DNA from: Cetorhinus maximus
Lineage: Eukaryota
Length of the DNA stretch: 64,000 nucleotides
Assembly (NCBI RefSeq): GCF_964194155.1
Contig: NC_135879.1
Coordinates: forward strand, 128,712,001-128,776,000
Reading direction: 5' to 3'
Translations under genes and position numbers: made by a program
Part shown: one piece after another, positions 38,150-48,572 of the stretch
How the letters are laid out: every line of letters starts with the position of its first letter
How positions within the stretch are numbered: position 1 is the first letter of the stretch
The notes under the pieces: model-generated
The model's database searches: none
Seen by the model: only the letters and a program-made list of their open reading frames with translations
What the model was told of the DNA's origin: nothing

Positions 38150-39400
38150 AGTCAGAGTCATTACAGCGCAGGAGGTGGCCATTCAGCCCATTGAGTCTAT
38201 GCCAGCTCTCTGTCGAACAGTCCAGTTAGTCCCATTCCCCGCCTCTGTCCTCATAGCCCTGCAAGTTTATTTCCCTCAAGTCCCTATGCAATTTTGTTTT
38301 TAAAGCAGCGATCATCTCCGCTTCCTCTTGGATCCTCACGGGAAGCGAGTTCCAGGTCACTACCACTTGCTGCATAAAAAAGCTCTTCCTCACATCCAAC
38401 TTGTATTTCTTGCCCAAAGCCTTAAATTTGCATCCCCTAGCCCTCATACCATCAGCTAATAGGAACAGCTTCTCTATGTCGACCTTACCTAAAGCTGTCA
38501 TAATGTTGCACGCCTCAATCAAAACACCCTCGATCTCCTTTGTCCCATGGAGAACAATCCCAGCTTCTCTAACCTAGCCTTATAACTAAAATCCCTCATC
38601 CCTGGAACCATTCTGGTAATCTCCCCCGCACCCTCGCATCCTTCTTAAAGTATGAAGACCAGAACTGACCAGATCCAATTTTTAACCAAGCTGATACTAA
38701 CCCTCCCATTCCATGAGCCTTAATTTGTTAACCAGCCTTTTGTGTTATATTTTGTCAAACACTTTTTAAAAAATTCATATGGACAATATCAACTTCATTC
38801 CCTTCATCGATTTTCTCTGTTACCTCATCAAAAAATTCAATTAGATTAGTCAAGCATGATCTGTCTTTCACAAATCTGTGCTGGCTACCCTTAATGAATT
38901 TAAACCTCTCCATGTGCCTGTTGATTTTTTTCCCTGATGACTATTTTAAAAATCTTACCCACAACTTATGTTAAACTGTATGGTCTGTAATTATTAGGAA
39001 TATCTTTACACCATTTCTTGAACAATTTGCCACTTACTAATCCTCTGGCACATCTTCTGAACCTAGGAAAGATATCTCCATTCCCACTTCCCTTAGCAAC
39101 CTGGAATGCAAGCCATCCAGACCAGATGACTTATCCACTCTTAAGCATAGCAAGTCTTTCCAGTACACCTTATCAATTTTCACTCCATCCATTACCTCCG
39201 CTACTACTGATATTTTGTCCACATTTTCTTTTTTTTAGTTAACACTGAGACAAAGTGCTCTAACTATTCTAGCCTTGCCCTGCACCTCAAAGCATACATC
39301 ACCTTCTTTGTCCTGAATAAGCCCCACCCTGCCTCCTACTACCCACTTACTATTTACATGCCAGGAGAACATTTTTGGGTTGCTTTTTATGTTAATTGAC
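38150..39400 (-). mobile_element. CR1 LINE fragments
   Basis: FFMQQVVVTWNSLP (38226-38522); DKSSGLDGLHSRLLRE (39037-39222). Confidence 0.85.
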
Positions 39401-39544
39401 ATTCTATGACACATGACGTGCTATTGCATTGATGACTTTATAAACTGGAAAAATACTTGGGTGCTAAGAGCTCAATTTAATGCTGCAATAGAATGTTTAC
39501 ACATTTAATATAAAGAAAAGTAAAAAGATACTTATATTTATATC

Positions 39545-40020
39545 GGAGGCAGTACAGCAAAGCTTCACTAGACAGGTCACTGGGATGAGAGGATTGATTA
39601 TTTTGAGACGCTGAGTAAGTCGGGTAAATTCTCTGGAGTTTAGAAGAATGAGAGGCGATCTCATTGAAACATTCAAGAATATGAAGGGGCTTGACAGGGT
39701 AGACAGAGAGGTCATTTCCCCTGGCTGGGGAATCTAGAACAGGTCATTTAGGACTGATATGAGGAGAAATTTCTTCACTCAAAGGGTTGTGAATCTTTGG
39801 AATTCTCTACGCCAGAGGGTTGTGGATGTGCCATCATTGAATGTATCTAAGACTGAGGTCGACAGATTTCTGGTCTCTCAGGGAATTGAGGGATATGGGG
39901 AGTGGGTAGGAAAGTGGGGTCAAAGCCCAAGGTCAGCTATAATCATAATGAATGGTTGAGCAGGCTTGACGAGCCGTATGGTATTCTCCTCCCCCAATTC
40001 TTACGGTCTTATGTTCTTAC
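39545..40020 (+). mobile_element. CR1 3' fragment
   Basis: MRRNFFTQRVVNLWNSL; tail CTTATGTTCTT. Confidence 0.88.
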
Positions 40021-40094
40021 ATAGGACCTTTATAATCACAGGATACCTCAAAGCAATTTAGTCAATCAAGTACCTTTGAAGTATAGTCACTAAT

Positions 40095-41990
40095 TTTTTC
40101 TCGTTCTTGGGAGATGAGAATCACTGGCAAGGCCAGATTTATTGCCCATCCCTAATTGCCCTTGAGAAGGTGGTGGTAAGCTGCTTTCTTGTTCTGCTAT
40201 AGTCCAGGTACACGTAGAGTGCTGTTAGGAAAGGAGTTCCGGGATTTTGACCCAGCGACAGTGAAGAAACGGCGATATAGTTCCAAGTCAGGATGGTGTA
40301 TGACTTGGAGAACTTGCAGGCAGTGGTGGTGTTTCCATGCACCTGCTGCCCTCATCTTTCTAAGTGATAGAGGTGGCAGGTTTGGAAGGTGCTGTCAAAG
40401 GACCCTTGGTGAATTGCTGCAGTGTGTCTTCTAGATGGTACACACTGCTGCACCTGTCAGCTAATGGTGAAGGGTGCAATTGTTTAAGGTAGCGAATGAG
40501 GTGATGATCAAGCAGGCTCCTTTGCCCTAGATGGTGTTGATCTCCGAGTGCTGTTGGGGCTGCACTCTTCCAGGCAAGTGGAAGCTCCCTTTAGGGCGGT
40601 GCGTGGTGGCGGGAGGTGGGGGGGGGGGGGTGTGGTTTGTCATCCAAGCAAGTGGAAACCCACTTTTGGGGCTTTGGGGGCGAGGGGGGTGTCAGGATAG
40701 GAGTTGCTCACCACAGAATTCCCAGTCTCTGACCCACTGTTGTAGCCACAGTATCCCAGCCTGAAGCCTGGGGCAAATCAGCCATGGTCTTATTGAATGG
40801 TGGGGCAGGCTTGAAGGGCCGAATGGTCTACTCCTGCTCCTATTTCTTATGTTCTGACCCATTGTTGTAGCCACAGTATTTTCAGTTCAGTTTATGGTCA
40901 ATCGCAACCCCAGGATGCTGTTGGTCAAGCATTCAGCAATGCTCAAGCTATTGAAAGTCAAGGGAAGATGGTTGTAGTATCTCTGGTTATTGCCTGGCAC
41001 TTATGTGTCATGTATGCATACGTCACTTGTCACTTATCAGACAAGTCTGAATATTGCCCAGGTCCCGCATGCGGGCATGGACTGCTTCGGTATCTGAAGA
41101 GTTGCAACTGCTACTGATTGCACCCTTGTGCATGAGGTCAGCAAACATTTCCACTTCTGACCTTATTTTGGAGGAAGATCATTGATGAAGCAGCTGAAGA
41201 TGCTTGGGCCCAGGAGACTAGCCTGAGGAACTTCTGCACCAATTTTCTGGTGCTGAGATGATTGGCCTCCAACAACAAAATCCATCTGCCTGTGTGTCAG
41301 GTCTGACTCCAACAGTGGAGAGTTTTCTCCAATTCCTATTAACTTCAATTTCACTAGAATTCCTTGTTGCCACACTCAGTCAAATGCTGCCTTGATAGCA
41401 AGGACAGTCACTCTCATCTCACCTCTGGAATGCAGTTCTTTTGCCCATATTTGGACCAAAACAGGAATGAGTTCTAGAGCTATGTGATCCCCAATTTTGA
41501 GCTGCTGAGTCTGTTCTGAGTCTATCCAATTTAGCACAGTGGCAGTGCCACACAACACGATGAAGGGTGTTCTGGGTGTGAAGACTAGAATTCATCTCCA
41601 CATGGTCTGTGTGGTGATCACTACTATCAACACAGTCATGGACCAATGCATTTGAGACAGGTAGATCGGTGAGAACAAGATCAAGAAGGTTTCTCCCTCT
41701 TATTGGTTCTCGCAACACTTGACGCAGGCCTGTTTAGCAGACACGTCTTTCAGGGCTCAGCCAGCTAGGTCAGTAGTAGTAGCAACAAGCCACTGTTGAT
41801 GATGGACATTGAAGTTCCCCCACCAGAGCACATTCTGTGCCCTTGCCACTCTCAGTGCTTCTTCCAAGTGGTGTTCAACATGGAGGAGCACTGATTCATG
41901 AGTGAAGGAATGTGGTAGATGGTAATCAACAGCAGGATTCCTTGTCCATGTTTGACGTGATATCGAAAGAATTCATGGGGTTCGGAGTGA
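40095..41990 (-). mobile_element. LINE (second family) ORF2, decayed with deletions; nested CR1 tail at 40755-40852
   Basis: VPQASLLGPSIFSCFINDLP, IKAAFD, RGRNLLDLVLT...SSDH. Confidence 0.85.
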
Positions 41991-42019
41991 ACGCTGAGGG
42001 CTTGAAGTCAATGAAAATT

Positions 42020-42905
42020 AGGGGAAACCCTCCATTGCTGGGGTCATTCCTAGCATAAAGGAATAATTGTGGTTAGAGGTCAATCATCTTAGCCCCAGTA
42101 TACAGCAGCAGGTATTCTTCAAGCCTGTCCCCTAGGCCCAACATTAATGACCTTCCCTCCATCATAAAGTTAGAAGTGGGATGTTCACAGATTGGCGCTG
42201 AACATTGCGCATTCACGGCTCCTCAGATACTGAAGCAGTCCATGCCCGCATGCAAGACCTGGCCAACATTCACATTTGGGTTGATAAGTGATAAGCAGCA
42301 TCTGCGTCACAAAGTCAGAAGGTTGTGGGTTCAAATCACATTCCAGGACTTGAGCACAAGAATCTAGCCTGACTCGTCAGTGTATTATTGAGGAAGTGTT
42401 GCACTGTTGGAGGCGCCATCTTTCAGATGAGGTATTAAACCGAAGCCCTGTCCACTCTCTAAAGTGGGAATAAAAGATCTCATCATACTATTTTGAAGAA
42501 GAGCTGGAGATTTATCCCCAGCCTCCTGATCAATATTTATCCCTCAATCAACATCACAAAAACAGATTATCTAATCATTATGAATTGCTGTTTGTAGGGC
42601 CTTGCTGTGTACAGATTGGCTGCTGTGTTTACTAAATTACAACAGTGACTATACTTCAAAAGTACTTAATTAGCTATAAACTACTTTGATCCACCCTAAG
42701 GTCACGAAAGACGTTATAAAAATGCAAGTCTTTCTTTTGCACAAATGCCAGGCAATGGCCTGGATCTTCAACAGAGCACTTAATCACCCCCCCCTTAACA
42801 ATCAATGGTATTACCATGACCGAATCCCCCCACATCCTATTGGTGACCACTGACCAAAATCTTAACCGGACCAGCCACATAAATACTGTGGCTACAAGAG
42901 CAGAT
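42020..42905 (+). mobile_element. LINE fragment (second family) split by a SINE
   Basis: RT-region homology to 21140-21490 on both sides of 42305-42738. Confidence 0.7.
42305..42738 (+). mobile_element. tRNA-derived Deu-domain SINE (SacSINE1-like)
   Basis: B-box GGTTCAAATC; central GTTGCACTGTTGGAGGCGCCATCTTTCAGATGAG...TAAAAGATC...GAAGAAGAGC...CAATATTTATCCCTCAA domain; L2-type tail ATAAAAATGCAAGTCTTTC. Confidence 0.8.
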
Positions 42906-43584
42906 ATCTAATGAAACATTAGCTTTGTTTCCCTCACCACAGATATTGCCAAACTTGAGTATTTCTAGCATTCTCTATTTTTACTTCAGATTTCCAGCAC
43001 CTACAGCATTTTGCTTTTGTGATTAACTCAAGGGTCTTACTGAACCAGTTTAACAATAACACCCTAAATGCTTATCATAATTAACTTATACCCTATATTT
43101 TTTTTTTAATAAGTTAATAAATTTACCCAAAATTATGAAATTTCTGCATTTGTCAATATGAAAAAGTAGGGGGTTATAAGCTGCTATGTAATATTTTTCC
43201 TCTGGAGGTGGGTCAAACACTGGCAGGCAAAACCACAGGCTTATTGCATCACAAAGTCATCTCAAAACAATTTGGACACAAAAACCTCAAAGCATGGTTC
43301 AGACTGTTATAGTGACACAAAGCAAGTCAAATCGCCAAGCACCAGGCTCATTTACTCTGCAAGAGGCAGAAAGCCTGTTCACTTCTACACTCTGTCGGCC
43401 ATGCCTATTAAAGACACTCAAAGTTAGTTAAAGGTCATTTCCTCCCACCCCTCTCTTTTCACCTCTCCCTATAGAATCCATGCTGAGATCCTTTAATAAA
43501 GGTCATGTTTTTCCAAATGTCAAATTGTTAGAATTTTCATTCATTTTAGATTTCTAGAACTTGTTAAATATTTCAGCTTCATAT

Positions 43585-44310
43585 AGAATCAGAACAATAA
43601 AGTATAAAAGGGAGCCATTCAGCCAGCTGTGCCTGCTCTTTGGTAAAGCTATCAAATTAATCCCACTCCCCTGCTTTTTGCTTATAAGCTGTGTAACATT
43701 TTTCTTTCCAAGTATTGATCCAATTTGCAGTTATTATCTAATCTGCTTCATCAACTTCTCAGGCAATGTATTTCAGATCACAACAGCCCACTGTAAAAAA
43801 TAAAAAGGGTTCCTTGGGTTCTTTGCCAATCACATTAAATTTGTGTCCTCTGGTTACTGACTTTCCTGGCACTGGAAAGAGCTTTTCGTTATTAAGGATC
43901 TCTATCAATTCTCCTCTTAATCTTCTCTGTTCGAATGAGAACAACCCCAGCTTCCCCAATCTTTCCACGTAACTCAAGACCCTCATCCTTGGTGCTATTC
44001 TAATAAATCTCTTGTGTACCCCCTTCAAGGCCTTGACATTCTTCCCAAGGTATGGTGTCCAGAATTTAACACTATACTCCAGCTAAGGCCTAACCAGTCT
44101 TCATATAGGCTTAGCATAACTGTTTTTATTCCAAGACTCTGTTTATTAAGGCAAAGATCCTATTTTCTTTTGAACAGCCTTCCAGGATTTGCATTAGTAT
44201 CCCACTGTTCATGCACCCCCTTTAAAATTGTATAATTTATTTTATATTGCTTCTCTTCATTCTTCATGCCAAATTACTTCACACTCCTCTGCATTAAATT
44301 TCATCTGAGT
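43585..44310 (-). mobile_element. CR1 3' fragment
   Basis: LSYVERLGKLGLFSFEQRRLRGELIE...TRGHKF. Confidence 0.85.
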
Positions 44311-44753
44311 GTTTTTAATTTAGCACCTCCCTATTTGCATTTATTATTTATGTACACCAGAAGTTTACTTAATGCAATTAGGATTCCTTTGGTGTTGGTA
44401 TCTCTTTACATTTAATTAATTATTTTGATTATTGATATATTTTCTTATTTACCATTACCCCCTTGGTTTAATTTACTTAGCATCTCCTTCATCCTCTGCA
44501 CCAAATTTCCATTCATCAGTTTTCTGCCATCACTCTCTTTAGCAAGGAACTCCGTTTAGCAGATTCACTCAACTTTCACCCAGCTCTGCACTTAAAACTC
44601 TCCAGATAGTTTCCACATATAAAATATTAAGTCATTTTACAACAATGGGATGGCACAGCTTGTAATTTGATCGTACAGAATCGTAATTACATTATAGGAC
44701 AAATTAGGTGGAAAGCATATATAATAATTTAAGTTTTCTGTAATTTCTTTTAC

Positions 44754-44984
44754 CTTCCCACAGCAAATAATGTGACCTCTCCAGCTCGACTCCTTCTGAA
44801 GTCCTTTGATCTCTTTGACTTTCGATGGCTGCAGCGTGAGCAAGTGCTTTTCCCTGCAACTCCACCAACTGTATGCAGATGATGCCCATGAAAAGAATGA
44901 TCTGTTAGACTTCCAGTTGGTGATACAGGGCTGGCAGGACTTTCAGGGGTAACAGGACTAGGAGGACCATTGGGACTTGTCGGG
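44754..44984 (-). CDS. RELL1: RELL1 exon (Ser/Pro-rich segment, GHHLHTVGGV, CSRC, GEVTLFAVG-R)
   Basis: Acceptor TTTTTTTCTCCCTTTCAAG|, donor AG|GTAAAA; 231 nt open. Translation PTSPNGPPSPVTPESPASPVSP...GHHLHTVGGVAGKSTCSRCSHRK...GEVTLFAVGR matches recalled human RELL1 GHHLHTVGGV...CHRC...GEVTVLSVGR. This frame is absent from the supplied ORF track. Confidence 0.93.
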
Positions 44985-46592
44985 CTTGAAAGGGAGAAAA
45001 AAATAGATGGAAATTAATTGTAAACATACAATATTAGAACTATTCACAATGTTATGATTAGCAAACAAGCTTCTGTGCAGTTTAACATTCGTACAAATGG
45101 TTTTCTAACCAAATTATTTCAAATGCATATAAATAACATGTCTTTAAAATAGTAGTCTGACTATGGGTCAGATACTAGCCTTTCACCTCTGGAATGGAAA
45201 TAAATTTTCTTGACTTCTAAATGCAAGAGTCCTATAAGAAATGGGTTTGGCCAGTTCAACAGAATTCCAATAACTTTCAGGACAAAAATAACCACTATGT
45301 CAGCACTAATATGGCTTTCAGGAAACAGAAATGGTGCATTAAGAAGTGCTCTTATGAAACTGGGGATGAGATATTTTTTGGATAGAATGGAGAGAGCCTG
45401 CAACTGCTATGCTATAACAGACTTGGAAATTCTTGAAGACGACACAGGAAAGAATACCAATCCCCACCACTAATATAAACAACACATTTTTAAAGTAGTG
45501 AATCATCAGTAAAAGCAATCTAGATGGGGTAAAGTAGCAAACGTGAACCTTCTGAAAGATCTACTTGGAACCAGCATAGCTGAGAATTCAAAGTGCCTTA
45601 TTATAATTATATTTTATATTTAATTTCTGAATTCATTTATATTTTTATACCCTCAAGATCCATGTTAATATATTCTCCCAAGATTACTATTCTGCTCCAT
45701 GACCCACCACTTACCTGTACCTAATTACACCTTGTAGCGAATATCTGCATTTATCTATAGCAAAAGTATTGTCTAGTTTGTCAATTTTTTCAATTAGAAA
45801 TTCCTACATCCATTTTTAGAATGAAAAGTGCCCATATTGTAATTACACCTTTCCCTATCACCACCACCAGCCCTACCCAACCACTACAATAGAAAGTTTG
45901 CAACCCCACTGCCCGGGGTGGTTATAATATAACTGTTGTAATTATATCCTTTAATACCTTCATTAATAATTTTACTTGAAGTCTAATGTTTGGACTAGGT
46001 ACGTTTGCCCAGAAAAATAACCACTGAAAGCAGGTTCTGCAGTTTGAGCGTACCTAGTTTACACCATCTACTAAGATGTGGCCACAGCATTTCCACTAGC
46101 CCAGTGCCTCTTCCGTGGATCCAGCAAAATCTATTTGTTTGTTTTAAAATATATTTGAAGGCATGCTAGAGGATAAATTTCAAAAGTTTTATCCAGGTAA
46201 CATTTATTTTGAGTTTTATTTTTAAAATGTATGCAAGCACAAGCATTTTCAGATAATGAGAGATGGGGGAGAGAGTAAAAGAGGAGAGAGCAAAACTGGA
46301 ACTTACAGATGCACTTGCAGAAACCAAAGAACACCAAATATAATGTTTACAGAGATCTCTTAAAGACTTACAAACCAATGCTGCCAGAATCCTGGGAAAC
46401 TTCCACTCAGTGTTGTCAGACCAATGCTTTTTCCCTCCCTTCTCAAATGCTGACACTCAAAGTGCCACCCCACTTTGTCGAATTTCAAATTCCTCTCCAT
46501 AGTTCTTAGATCCAAAGTTTTCCCTGCACAACATAAACAGACCAAAGGGTCCAACCATGCTACCAAATTCCACTACATTTACACTTTTCACA

Positions 46593-47190
46593 GGGCAGAA
46601 ATCTCCCCCTGTCGGGGAGGGGGGGGCGTTGTACAGGGGCAGGCGCGAACCCGATCGGTGCCCCCAATCGGGGCCGAGCCACCATTTTACGTGGGCGGGC
46701 CAATTAAGGCCTGCCCAGCGTGATGCGTGCCCAGAAGCGCTGAGCACTCCCTGTGCAGGTGGGGGGATTCCCCGAGTCAGGGCCATGCGCGCGAAAGAGT
46801 GCAGAAATCTCCCTGAGGCATGGAGGTGCCTAAGGGAGATTACTTTAAGGTTAAAAAATTTAAATCAAGGAAAGGAAATATTTTAAGATATGTCCCCTCA
46901 TGTGACAGTGTCACATGAGGTGGGACATGTTCATGAATTTTGATTAAAAATTTTATTTAATTAATGAAACCTTCATGAAACCTCATCCTGCCTGTGGATG
47001 AGGTTCCATGAAAAATGCGAAGGCCGCCTGGGCTCTTTGCCTGCCCGCCAACCTTAAGGTTGGATGGGCAGCCTTGTTAATTGTTTTAATAACCATTTAA
47101 ATAACCTTAATAGGCCCGACATCACCGCGCCTCATTTTATGCATCGGCGAGTGGGCCCCGCCCCCGCTCGCTGACCTGAAAATTCTTCCC
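46593..47190. mobile_element. Harbinger-like MITE
   Basis: Ends GGGCAGAAAT / AATTCTTCCC; ACA duplicated at 46590-46592 and 47191-47193. Confidence 0.85.
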
Positions 47191-47261
47191 ACAATGTAAT
47201 GCAGAGCTATTATTTTGAGCATTAAATTCAATGTAAAAGACCCATAATACAATTGAATAAG

Positions 47262-48381
47262 TGTTATGAATATCTAGTTTATGCATCAAGTTAATACTTT
47301 AGAGGTAATTTTTAGTTCTAGGAAGATTAAAGTTGTAAAGGGCAAGGTAATCAAAATACTGGGCTTTAGAGATTGCCAGAACACCTAAAAGAAAATGGCA
47401 GTTCAGAAGGTTACCCATGTTTCTTTAATAACATCAGAATATGGAGCCATAAAACAGCAAGTGGACTAATTTAGCTGGAGAAATTGTAAAGGGGGGATAA
47501 TTGGCTTGGAGGATAGTTTGAGGATAGACCATATCAGGCTACGTCATCATGGAGCTTATGAAGATTCTCTGGTTTCAATTTATCTGGGTGTTTGCTGGGA
47601 GAGGTTGTTAGTTGCAGTTTGGACCTCATGTGATTTGCAGCTCACACAGTGAAGGCCTGGGAGCCATTCATCGCAATTAGGGCTCAGGAGAAATCCTGGG
47701 GAGCTGAGATGGCAGAAGGTTGCTGGTTCTGTGCTTAAGGCAATTCGGGCTCAGAGAAGCAAAGGGAGCCATTTCCAGCTCGGTGCAGCCAAGAGACTGG
47801 AGTTTGGCAAAACCCAGGGACAGTGTCCACTTAGTGAAGCTAGTGGTCTATGAAAGAGTTGGAAGTGTGCTGGTATTGAAAGGTTGGAGTGCAGCTTTGT
47901 GAATCCCGTGGAACGCAGTCTCAGAGAGAGAGAATGAACCATCGGAAGGTGAGCAGTCGTTGAGGCAGTGTGAGTCAGAGCGGCTTTTGAGGGAATTCAG
48001 AGGTTTAATCTTAGAACATTAAAATCCCTCATGAGGGGGACAGTTTTAACAACATATTGTGACTCACAGTGGTCACTGACAACTGGGGGATTGCTGAGAA
48101 ATCTGTGGGATCTGTCTTGGTCACATCTGCCATTAATGTGCAGTGTGGTGTGTTCGATCCCAGTTTGACTGTTACTTCATATTTACCTCATGTTAATTCT
48201 GAATGTTAGAGTATAAGATAAATATTGTAAACTGTTTTACTTATCTGACTTTGTACAGTAAAACTTATTTTGTTTGTTTGAAACTGGAATCTTGTGGTTT
48301 TATTCTCTCGCTGGATAACCTGGATTTCAAACTTTGCCTACTTTAAACAAAACGTTTCTGGTCTCTAACTGGATTGTAACA
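47262..48381 (+). mobile_element. Solo LTR
   Basis: TGTTATGA...TGTAACA termini; near-duplication TAAG/TAAT; no internal coding sequence. Confidence 0.6.
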
Positions 48382-48572
48382 TAATTCAAAACCAATTTTT
48401 ATTGAAACACTAATTTAATAACCTTGATGTTGGCCCCTACATAGTGTACACACCCACACTGCTGTTATAAAATGACAGCCTCTGACTCATTGTGAGCAAG
48501 TCAGATCTATTTACTGCAGGGATAAGAAAAATAGATATCATGAAAGTATAATAATTTTCATATTTTCTTGTT

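Noticed and set aside
42908-43020. Fourth hammerhead candidate
   Set aside because: Same repeat family as 24188, but the CUGAUGA box and helix II are missing or truncated.
37511-44984. Assignment as RELL2 or RELT (RFRVTH resembles RELL2)
   Set aside because: GHHLHTVGGV, the SP-rich segment, KSN after the RFRV motif and the adjacent C4orf19-like gene all favour RELL1. A phylogeny would settle it.
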